Source: Candidatus Latescibacterota bacterium
GTDB lineage: Bacteria; Latescibacterota; UBA2968; UBA8231
Length of the DNA: 64,000 nt
Direction: 5' to 3'
Assembly: GCA_963422735.1 (NCBI GenBank)
Contig: OY730476.1
Location: forward strand, 4,078,847 to 4,142,846
The position numbers were made by a program, and so were the translations under genes. Positions 23,972 through 32,104 of the stretch are shown here, piece by piece. Numbering within the stretch: position 1 is the stretch's first letter; each line of letters begins with the position of its first letter. A model generated the notes under the pieces. It was not told the origin of the DNA. It saw nothing but the letters and a program-made list of their open reading frames with translations, and did no database searches.

Positions 23972-25378
23972 GTGATTATGCTACCGTCCGAATATTCCAA
24001 GCGCGCAGGCCGCACAATTCGCCGCTGCTTGCTCATAGGCTCGATTTTCGCCGGCTGTAGTTCCGACGATCCGGGGCCGGTCCAAACGGCCGAGCACGGG
24101 TCAGATTCGACTTGGGATATTATCCAAACGGAAATTCTTGCCGGCCAATGCGTTAGCTGCCACGCGGCCGGGTCCTCGTTTGGGCGTCAGTCGGGCCTCG
24201 TGCTCACTCCGGATGTGGCCTACGAACAGCTCGTGGGTGCCGCTCCGACAAACGCGGCCGCCGCGGCCGACGGGCTGGTGCGAGTCAGCGACCTCGGACA
24301 GGGCATGCCCGGCCTCCTCAAAAGCTATTTGTGGGAGAAGACCAACGCTCCCGATCAGCAGCATTTCTACGGCGACCATCCCTACTACGGGGAGCTAATG
24401 CCCTTTGGAGGCGAGCCGCTGACCAATGGCGAATTGGCTTTTATCCGCACTTGGATCGAGGCTGGCGCACCAGAGACAGGCCACGTGGCCGATCCAGCCC
24501 TCTTGGAGGACGAGTCTCGCTACGAGGTGCCGGAGTTCAAGCCGCTAGCCGAGCCGGAAAACGGCGTCCAACTGCACTTGCCGCCTTTTGAGATACAGCC
24601 CAACTCCGAGCGCGAAATTTTTGTAGTGCATCCGCTGAACAACGAAGACGATGTATTCCTAGAGCGCATCCAGATTTCCATGAAGTCCGGCTCGCACCAC
24701 TTCCTGCTCTATACATTCCAAGACGACATACCCCCCGCAGGTGTGCCAGAACCCTACGAATATCGCGAATTGCACGACGGCACCGGCCAATACGTCCTTG
24801 AAACCTTACTCACGCAATTTTACCACCTGCCAATCGCCGGCAGCCAATGGCCTTTCTTCGATTTTTCCCTGCCGCCCGGAGTGGTGATGCGGCTGCCCAA
24901 GAACACCCTGCTCGACCTCAACTCGCACTATGTCAATCGCACCAGTCAGCCCGTTACCGGCGAGGTCTATGCCAACTTGCACTTTGCCGACCCATCTGAA
25001 GTAGAGCACGAGGCACATCTTCTTTCTTTAAATAATTTCTCGATTTCTCTGCCGGCCGAGAAGGTGACGACTCTAGAGAAGGATTTTACTTTCTCCGAGC
25101 GCACCCACATTGTGCAGCTACTCTCGCATGCCCATCAGCTCATGGTGGAATTCCGGGTCGAAATGATCGGGGGAGCGCACGATGGCGAGCTCATCTACGT
25201 CGCTTACGATTGGGAACACCCGCCGATCCTGAAATTCGACCCCCCTCTCGTCCTAGAGCGAGGAGAGGGCTTCAAGTTAGAGGCGACCTACGACAACTGG
25301 ACCGATCAAGAGATCAACTTTGGTTTACTGTCAACAGACGAGATGATGATTCTCTTTGGGATTTACTACGAAGATTAA
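23972..25378 (+). CDS. Lipoprotein with heme-c motif (CxxCH) + PHM/DBH-like copper monooxygenase-like domain
   Basis: Lipobox IFAGC and CVSCH. The ligand-like series is SGSHHFLLY, LNSHYVN, LSHAHQLM and DEMMILF, the same order as in the 18487-20154 protein. Confidence 0.6.
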   Translation: MIMLPSEYSKRAGRTIRRCLLIGSIFAGCSSDDPGPVQTAEHGSDSTWDIIQTEILAGQCVSCHAAGSSFGRQSGLVLTPDVAYEQLVGAAPTNAAAAADGLVRVSDLGQGMPGLLKSYLWEKTNAPDQQHFYGDHPYYGELMPFGGEPLTNGELAFIRTWIEAGAPETGHVADPALLEDESRYEVPEFKPLAEPENGVQLHLPPFEIQPNSEREIFVVHPLNNEDDVFLERIQISMKSGSHHFLLYTFQDDIPPAGVPEPYEYRELHDGTGQYVLETLLTQFYHLPIAGSQWPFFDFSLPPGVVMRLPKNTLLDLNSHYVNRTSQPVTGEVYANLHFADPSEVEHEAHLLSLNNFSISLPAEKVTTLEKDFTFSERTHIVQLLSHAHQLMVEFRVEMIGGAHDGELIYVAYDWEHPPILKFDPPLVLERGEGFKLEATYDNWTDQEINFGLLSTDEMMILFGIYYED

Positions 25379-25425
25379 CTTATCTTGTAAACGAAAAAGC
25401 CACGACACCCCAATTTTACACGCGG

Positions 25426-26079
25426 TTAATACATGTGCGGCTGTACGGCGAGGGCGAGCGACGCTTCAATGTCCCAGATGGCTTTTGTCACTTCTTGGCC
25501 AATCAAGTCCAGCCTACGCACCTGTTTGATGCGGCCGGTCGCACGGGCTAGCTCGCGGCTGGCCAAGAGCTTTTCGAAAATTCCGCAGGCGTCCGCCAGG
25601 CAGATAATGACCACATCGCGAGGGTCGGGGATCTGATCGCTGAACAGCACCTCCATGATGCGCAGCTTGACCTCTTTCTCGGCCTTGCCATCGACGACCG
25701 GATAGCGCCGCGAGCGAAACACCCATAGGAAGCGCTCGTCCTCGCGTGCGAGAATGCCTTTCTGCACCAGCCGGCGGAGCGCACCCTCTCGCATGTCGTT
25801 GGCGCGCCCGGCAGTGCGCTCCAGCCAATAACGGGTGTCGTTCGTCTCAGTCGCTGCGGCAATGTCGCTCAGCGTCGGGTCGATCAGGCTATCTTGCAAG
25901 GGGGTGCTATCGACGAGAGTCAGCTTGTTCAGGTCGGTATCTATGCGGTCTTCCAGCGCCAGTTCCATCAGGACCCCGCCGCCCAAGGCGTACCGCACCA
26001 ACCGGTCGGGTACTCGGGCGAAGCTCCCATCTTCATCATCGAGCAAAAGAAGCATGATTTCTTCGGCAAATCTCAGCAT
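25426..26079 (-). CDS. GPP34 / GOLPH3-like family protein
   Basis: MLRFAEEIMLLLLDDEDGSF...YALGGGVLMELALEDRID matches the characteristic N-terminus of bacterial GPP34 family proteins. It is 217 aa. Confidence 0.75.
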   Translation of the reverse strand: MLRFAEEIMLLLLDDEDGSFARVPDRLVRYALGGGVLMELALEDRIDTDLNKLTLVDSTPLQDSLIDPTLSDIAAATETNDTRYWLERTAGRANDMREGALRRLVQKGILAREDERFLWVFRSRRYPVVDGKAEKEVKLRIMEVLFSDQIPDPRDVVIICLADACGIFEKLLASRELARATGRIKQVRRLDLIGQEVTKAIWDIEASLALAVQPHMY

Positions 26080-26163
26080 GGATTACCTTGTTTAATAGTT
26101 TCGGCGTCGGCGTCTGACGAAAAATATAGACCGCTAGTGCGCCAAGCAAGCTGCCGACCGCGC

Positions 26164-26976
26164 TCAGTTCTCGGGAGCTTGGCCCCCGCGGCAGCGCAGC
26201 CATTCTACCGTAACCAGAATCAAAACGGCAAACGCGATGAGAAAGGTGGCTACCGCTAGGATGGTGGGGCTGATTTGCTCGCGGATGCCCGCCCACATCT
26301 GCCGCGGGATAGTCCGCTGCTCTAGGCCGCCCATGAATAGGACCACCACGACCTCGTCGAAGGAAGCGGCAAACGCGAACAACCCTCCCGACGCAACCCC
26401 GGGTGCGATGAGGGGCAACTGTACGCGCCAAAAGCTGCGCAGCGGACCCGCGCCCAAGCTGGCGGCGGCCCGCATCAAGTTTTGGTCGAAGCCCGACAAC
26501 GTGGCGGTTACGGTAATCACCACAAACGGCACCCCGAGCACGGCATGGGCGAGGATTATGCCAAGGTGGGTCCGAGCTAATCCGAGGCTGGAGTAAAAGA
26601 AGAACATTCCCACTGCGGTGATGATGACCGGCGCGATCAGCGGCGCGATCAACAGCCCCATCACAGCCCTCCGAGCGGGCATGGCCGAATTCGCCAGCCC
26701 GAGGGCCGCTAGGGTGCCGAGCGAGGTCGCGAGCAGGGTTGCTAAGATGCCGATGACTAAGCTGTTGACCAAGGCGCGGGTCCATGCGTCGTCTTCGATG
26801 ATGCTGCGGTACCAACGCAGTGAATACGCTTCTGGGTCGAGGAGCAGCATGCCCTCGGTGAACGTGAAATACGGCTCCGCGTTGAAGCTGAGTGGCACGA
26901 TCACCAATATCGGCGCAACCAAGAAGACAAACGCCGCCGTGCAGAACGCGAGATAGGCCCACCGCGCGAACGTCAA
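26164..26976 (-). CDS. ABC transporter permease (PotC-like)
   Basis: Real part of the long ORF 26164..27597. The assumed TTG start at 26976 overlaps the upstream stop (TTGA). EAA-loop-like LMRAAASLGAGPLRSFWRVQLPL and six predicted TM stretches. Confidence 0.8.
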   Translation of the reverse strand: MTFARWAYLAFCTAAFVFLVAPILVIVPLSFNAEPYFTFTEGMLLLDPEAYSLRWYRSIIEDDAWTRALVNSLVIGILATLLATSLGTLAALGLANSAMPARRAVMGLLIAPLIAPVIITAVGMFFFYSSLGLARTHLGIILAHAVLGVPFVVITVTATLSGFDQNLMRAAASLGAGPLRSFWRVQLPLIAPGVASGGLFAFAASFDEVVVVLFMGGLEQRTIPRQMWAGIREQISPTILAVATFLIAFAVLILVTVEWLRCRGGQAPEN

Positions 26977-28196
26977 CTCAGCCTCATGCGATCGATGCCC
27001 ACCACGCGGTCGTAGAGCACGTACAGCGCGATGACGCCCACTAGCAGGATAACGGAGAGCGCAGCGGCGAGTCCCCAGTTGAGCGAGGTCTGAATGTGAT
27101 AGGCGATCATGTTGGAGATGAACTGTCCCTTGCTCCCACCAACCAGTGCCGGCGTGATGTAGTAGCCAATGGCGAGGATGAACACCATCAGCAATCCAGC
27201 GCCAACACCAGGCAAGGTCTGCGGCCAATAGACTCGCCAAAACGCCTGAAAGGGGGTCGCGCCGAGGGAGGCCGCAGCCTGTAGGTGCGAAGGCGGAATC
27301 GAACGCATTACCGAGTACAGCGGCAGCACCATAAAGGGAAGCAGCACGTGGGTCATCGCCACAAACGTGCCGGTCATATTGTATATCATGGCGATGCGGC
27401 CGTCGTCTGCGACTAGTCCGACTGCCACCAGCAAGTTGTTGATTACACCCTGGGTCTGGAGCAGCACGATCCAAGCCGTCGTCCGCACCAGCAGGGACAT
27501 CCAAAACGGCACCAACACCAGCAACAACAGCAGGTTGGCGCGGCGCGGTGGCGCGGCGGCGATCAGGTGGGCAATCGGGTAGCCAATGGCCAAGCACAGC
27601 GCGGAAATGCCAGCACTAACGGACAGCGTGCGCCACAAAAGTGGCAGGTAGATACGGTGTTCTTCTGGCTGCCGGGCGATGCGGCCATCGGGTTGGTGCA
27701 CCAAATCGAGCGCATTGATATAGTGGCGGAACGTGAATCGCTCCCCAGTGCTGCGAATCGCCAGCCACACATCCGGCTCGCCCCAAGCGGCGTCGATGCC
27801 GGTCATGGCCGAGCGCCAAGAGTTGCCACTGGCGTTGCGCAGCTTGCGCGCACTGCGCGTGACGACGCTGCGCAAGCCGCTCTTGATGCGGTTGACGCGC
27901 GTGGCGATTTGGCCGAGGGTGCGCTCTTCCCGCGCCCGCAACAACTCGCGTGCGGCCGCGGCATACACCGGCTCTTCCAAGGCGCTGGCCCCGTCCCATT
28001 CGCGCAATAGGGAGAGCGTTTCCGGCAACGCATCTGCGACTAGGGGGTCGTACGCGCTGCGCACGAGCAACGTACCGAGCGGCGCGACAAACGTCGCCAA
28101 GACAAGAGCAATCAGCGGCAGGGTCAGCCCGGCCGCTCGCCGCCGCTGACGCGCCTGTGCATCTGCACCCGTTTGTGATTTTATTCGGTCAACCAC
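26973..28196 (-). CDS. ABC transporter permease (PotB-like) with ~150-aa extracytoplasmic insertion after TM1
   Basis: HLQAAASLGATPFQAFWRVYWPQTLPG is the EAA loop. The hydrophilic stretch from about aa 45 to 195 between TM1 and TM2 makes the protein 407 aa long. Confidence 0.8.
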   Translation of the reverse strand: MVDRIKSQTGADAQARQRRRAAGLTLPLIALVLATFVAPLGTLLVRSAYDPLVADALPETLSLLREWDGASALEEPVYAAAARELLRAREERTLGQIATRVNRIKSGLRSVVTRSARKLRNASGNSWRSAMTGIDAAWGEPDVWLAIRSTGERFTFRHYINALDLVHQPDGRIARQPEEHRIYLPLLWRTLSVSAGISALCLAIGYPIAHLIAAAPPRRANLLLLLVLVPFWMSLLVRTTAWIVLLQTQGVINNLLVAVGLVADDGRIAMIYNMTGTFVAMTHVLLPFMVLPLYSVMRSIPPSHLQAAASLGATPFQAFWRVYWPQTLPGVGAGLLMVFILAIGYYITPALVGGSKGQFISNMIAYHIQTSLNWGLAAALSVILLVGVIALYVLYDRVVGIDRMRLS

Positions 28197-28199
28197 TTG

Positions 28200-29333
28200 C
28201 TAACGAGTCCCCTCGTCGTCCGCAGCATCGGGTTGCAACGCGCGACAGTCCAGCAAGGTCCAGCCAACGCGGATACGATCTCCCTCCAGCACAGTTCCGT
28301 GGCCCACGAGGTTGGGAATTTTGACGATGAAGTCCGAGTACCCGAACAGCTTTAGGCGCAGGCGCAAGTGGTCGCCGAGAAACGTTATGTCCTCAATATC
28401 GGCGTCAAACTCGTTGGCGTACGAATGCCCGCCTTCACCCGGCGAGATCTGCACTCGCTCCGGGCGGATGACGACCGTCGCCGCAGTCCCTGGCGGACAT
28501 TGCCCCAAGCTCACAGCCTTGATGAGCGCATCGCCGACCTCCACTTCGCACACGCCGTCGCCGACTGTGCGCACCACGCCGTTTAGGCGGTTGTTCTCGC
28601 CGATGAAATGGGCCACGAAAGCGCGCTCCGGCTCTTCGTAGAGGACCTCCGGGGATGCAATCTGCTCGATTGCACCGTCGCGAAAGACGGCGACCCGATC
28701 CGAGATGACCATGGCCTCCTGCTGATCGTGCGTGACATAGACGACGGTTATGCCCAAGGTGCGCTGAATGCGGCGGATTTCGTATTGCATTTCCTCGCGC
28801 AGGCGTCGGTCGAGCGCGCCGAGCGGCTCGTCCATCAACACGAGTTCCGGGTCGAAGACCAAAGCGCGGGCGATCGCAACGCGCTGTTGCTGGCCACCGG
28901 ATAGCTGCCCAGGGCGACGATCCTCCAAGCTTTCGAGGCGCACGAGGCGCAGGATGCGGGCCACCCGCTCTCGCCGCTCGCTTGGGTCGATGTCGCGCAC
29001 TTCGAGCGGAAACGCCAAGTTGCCACCAACCGTCATGTGTGGAAAGAGCGCGTAGTTTTGAAACACGACACCGATTTCGCGCTTGTGAGGGGGCAAATCG
29101 CCGACCGGTACGCCATTGATGTGGATGGCACCAGACGCTGGGGTCTCAAACCCAGCGAGCATCATCAAGCAGGTCGTCTTGCCGGAGCCAGACGGCCCGA
29201 GCATGGTGAGGAATTCGCCCTTGTGTACGGCGAGGTTGATGTCGCGCACGACCCAGTTGCGGCCGTCGTAGCTTTTGCTGACGCCGGTGAATTCGACGTG
29301 GGGGGTGTTCGCGTGGCTAGCGTCTGCGCTCAC
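28200..29333 (-). CDS. ABC transporter ATP-binding protein (PotA-like)
   Basis: Walker A GPSGSGKTT, signature LSGGQQQRVAIARAL, and Walker B LVLMDEP. Confidence 0.9.
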   Translation of the reverse strand: MSADASHANTPHVEFTGVSKSYDGRNWVVRDINLAVHKGEFLTMLGPSGSGKTTCLMMLAGFETPASGAIHINGVPVGDLPPHKREIGVVFQNYALFPHMTVGGNLAFPLEVRDIDPSERRERVARILRLVRLESLEDRRPGQLSGGQQQRVAIARALVFDPELVLMDEPLGALDRRLREEMQYEIRRIQRTLGITVVYVTHDQQEAMVISDRVAVFRDGAIEQIASPEVLYEEPERAFVAHFIGENNRLNGVVRTVGDGVCEVEVGDALIKAVSLGQCPPGTAATVVIRPERVQISPGEGGHSYANEFDADIEDITFLGDHLRLRLKLFGYSDFIVKIPNLVGHGTVLEGDRIRVGWTLLDCRALQPDAADDEGTR

Positions 29334-29336
29334 CGC

Positions 29337-30980
29337 TTACCAACCGAGGGCATAGCCGTCGCGGCGCGGATCGGCCCCGCCCATAAAGGATCCCGTGTCG
29401 GCATCGACCATGATGCCTTGGCCGCCGCCGACGCCAGCCGACCAGTCGCCGAGGAAATTGAACTGGTGGCCGCGGCGCTCCAGCTTGGCAAAAACCTCGA
29501 GGTCAATGCGGTTTTCAGCATTGACGACAAAGCCGGGGGTCCCGGTTTTGACGCGGGGGGCCTCAATGGCGGCTTGGACGTTCATCTGGTGATCGAGGAT
29601 GTTCATAATCATCTGCGGAGTAGTCTGGAGGATGCCATAGCTCCCTGGAGTGCCGATGAGCAGGCGCAGGCCGTCGGCGTCCCAAACTTGGGCCGGCGAG
29701 ACGCACATCTCGTTTTTCTTGGCCGGGCCAATGACATTGGGGCTGGTAGGCTCGCGGTCGAACCAGCGCATAAAGTTGTTGAGTGCAATGCCTGTCTCCG
29801 GCACGACCATGGACGAGCCAAAGCCGCCGCCCAAGCTCTGGGTGCAAGCGACGGCGTTGCCATCGGCGTCGATGGTGTCGAAGTGGGTCGTGCATTCGCT
29901 CATCCACGCACGCGGGTCGCCTGCTTTGACATCCCCGACCGGGCCGCCAGGTATGAGGTTCTCGCCTGCCGTAAACTGGGCCTTGTCGCCGATGAGCGCG
30001 CGCCGCTCGGCTGCGTATTCCTTCGAGAGCAGGCCCGCTGTCGGTGGGTTGTCGATGGCCGCGTAGGCAATGCGGTCGGCCATGGCCAGCTTGGTAGTCT
30101 CGATAAAGCGGTGCAAGGTCGAGGCGGTATTGTGGCCGAGGCCTGCCACGTCAAAACCCTCCATGATGGCCAGCGTCTCTAAGTACTGGACGGCTTGGCA
30201 GGGCGGCGGCGGCGCAAAGACCTCATAGCCGCGGTAGTCGATGGAGATCGGATCGGCAAATGCCGGGGCAAAGTCGGCGAGGTCTTCTTTTGTAATCAGG
30301 CCGCCGGTCTCCTCCATATAGCGGACAATGCGGTCGGCAATCGCGCCCTTGTAAAAGGCATCTGTGCCCTCGGCAGCGACTTGGCGGAAGGTCTCGGCGA
30401 GGGCCTTTTGCACCACTACTTCCCCAGGCTCAGGGGGTGCGCCGTCGAGTAGGTAGGTATTGGCACCAGTCTTGAAGCGGCGCAGGCTCGCGGCCGCACC
30501 CGCGTAGAAATAGGCATTCTTGACCGTGAGGGCGTAGCCTTGCTCGGCGTACTCAACGGCCGGAGCAAAGACGCGGGCGGCGTCCATCGAGCCGTAGCGC
30601 TCCAGCGCGGCTAGCCAGCCACCGCAAGCCCCAGGCACCGCCGGCGAGAGGGGGCCGAGCCCCTGTTTGTCCTTGCTGTCGTACAGGCTCAGGGTGGCCG
30701 CCCGTGGGGTGAGGCCGACGTAGTCAATGATCTTGTGCTCTTTCTCGCGGGTGCTGTAGATGTGCAGATAGCCAACGCCGCCAATGCCCGACATATACGG
30801 CTCAACCACGTTGAGCGCAGCGGCCGTGGCAATAGCCGCATCAATGGCATTGCCGCCTTCCATCAAGATGCGCATACCAGCGAGAGAAGCGAGAGGATGA
30901 GCCGAGGCGATCATGCCGCGGCGGCCCGTGGCGGTGCTGCGGTGCGTGGTGCCTTTGGAAGAAAAGGCCATTGGACGCAA
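29337..30980 (-). CDS. ggt: Gamma-glutamyltransferase
   Basis: GMIASAHPLASLAGMRILMEGGNAIDAA, then the autoprocessing/nucleophile region CTTHFDTIDADGNAV and GGFGS. It lies 3 nt upstream of the ABC ATPase gene. Confidence 0.88.
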   Translation of the reverse strand: MRPMAFSSKGTTHRSTATGRRGMIASAHPLASLAGMRILMEGGNAIDAAIATAAALNVVEPYMSGIGGVGYLHIYSTREKEHKIIDYVGLTPRAATLSLYDSKDKQGLGPLSPAVPGACGGWLAALERYGSMDAARVFAPAVEYAEQGYALTVKNAYFYAGAAASLRRFKTGANTYLLDGAPPEPGEVVVQKALAETFRQVAAEGTDAFYKGAIADRIVRYMEETGGLITKEDLADFAPAFADPISIDYRGYEVFAPPPPCQAVQYLETLAIMEGFDVAGLGHNTASTLHRFIETTKLAMADRIAYAAIDNPPTAGLLSKEYAAERRALIGDKAQFTAGENLIPGGPVGDVKAGDPRAWMSECTTHFDTIDADGNAVACTQSLGGGFGSSMVVPETGIALNNFMRWFDREPTSPNVIGPAKKNEMCVSPAQVWDADGLRLLIGTPGSYGILQTTPQMIMNILDHQMNVQAAIEAPRVKTGTPGFVVNAENRIDLEVFAKLERRGHQFNFLGDWSAGVGGGQGIMVDADTGSFMGGADPRRDGYALGW

Positions 30981-31058
30981 CTCCTTGCGATTTGTAAATT
31001 TTGCGACCGCCTAAAATAAGGCGAGTACATTACAGCGTCAATCGAGGAGCCTACTTAT

Positions 31059-32096
31059 ATGAGCGACAAGACAATAGACCTGCGCAGCGACACGATCACC
31101 CTGCCGACTGAGGCCATGCAAGAGGCCATGGCCTGTGCTCCGTTGGGCGACGATGTGTACGGCGAAGACCCAACGGTCAACCGCCTGCAAGAATTGGCCG
31201 CCGAAAAGGCAGGCATGGAAGCCGCGCTCTACGTGCCTTCGGGCACGATGGGCAATGCCTGCGCCTTGATGACCCACACCAACTGGGGAGACGAGGTGCT
31301 CTTTGAGGAGCAGGCGCACATGTATTACTGGGAGGCCGGAACCTACGCCTCGCTCGCTGGGTTGGCCGTACGCACCGTTGCTGGCGAGCACGGCGTCATC
31401 ACCGCCGATCAAGTACGCGAGGCAGTCCGCGCCGACAACCCGCACTTTGCCCCGCTCAGGGTCGTCTGCATCGAGAACACCCACAACAACCACGCCGGCC
31501 ACGCTTGGTCGGTCGCCGAGGTAGCTGCGGTGGGTGCCGCATGCCGCGAACACGGGCTGAAACTGCACGTGGACGGAGCGCGCATTTTTAACGCCGCCAT
31601 AGCCGCCGGGGCGAAGGTCCCAGAATACACTCAGCACGTCGACTCCGTGATGTTCTGCATCTCCAAGGGACTGAGCGCGCCGGTCGGCTCGCTGCTGTGC
31701 GGGAGCAGGAACTTTGTCGAGCGGGCCTATCGGATGCGCAAGCGGCTCGGCGGTGCCATGCGCCAAGCCGGAGTAGTGGCCGCGGCCGGAGTAGTGGCCC
31801 TAGAGCAGATGATAGATCGGCTGGCCGAGGATCACGCAGTGGCGCGGGAACTGGCCGCCGGGCTGGGAGCGATGGAGGGCGTTGAGGTGATTTTTCCGCC
31901 GCGACCGACCAACATACTCAAGGTGGATTTTGCGGCCTTGGGGTGGCCGGCTGCCGATCTAGTGGCCAAGTGGAAGGCGCGGGGCGTGTTGTGCAATCCG
32001 CGTCCGCCACACGGGGCGCGGCTGGTGGCGAATCGGCACGTGGGGCTAGAGGACGTCAATTGCGTGGTGGAGGCGACCCGGGAAATGATCGGGTAG
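31059..32096 (+). CDS. ltaE: Low-specificity L-threonine aldolase (PLP-dependent)
   Basis: [31 protein letters not shown], and the PLP-lysine region [13 protein letters not shown]. Confidence 0.85.
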   Translation: MSDKTIDLRSDTITLPTEAMQEAMACAPLGDDVYGEDPTVNRLQELAAEKAGMEAALYVPSGTMGNACALMTHTNWGDEVLFEEQAHMYYWEAGTYASLAGLAVRTVAGEHGVITADQVREAVRADNPHFAPLRVVCIENTHNNHAGHAWSVAEVAAVGAACREHGLKLHVDGARIFNAAIAAGAKVPEYTQHVDSVMFCISKGLSAPVGSLLCGSRNFVERAYRMRKRLGGAMRQAGVVAAAGVVALEQMIDRLAEDHAVARELAAGLGAMEGVEVIFPPRPTNILKVDFAALGWPAADLVAKWKARGVLCNPRPPHGARLVANRHVGLEDVNCVVEATREMIG

Positions 32097-32104
32097 GGGG
32101 GTAG

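Noticed and set aside
26977-27597. N-terminal extension of the PotC-like ORF, and the alternative 308-aa ORF 26036..26962
   Set aside because: The extension overlaps the upstream permease gene out of frame. ORF 26036..26962 overlaps the PotC-like gene out of frame and is Arg/His/Pro-rich without motifs.
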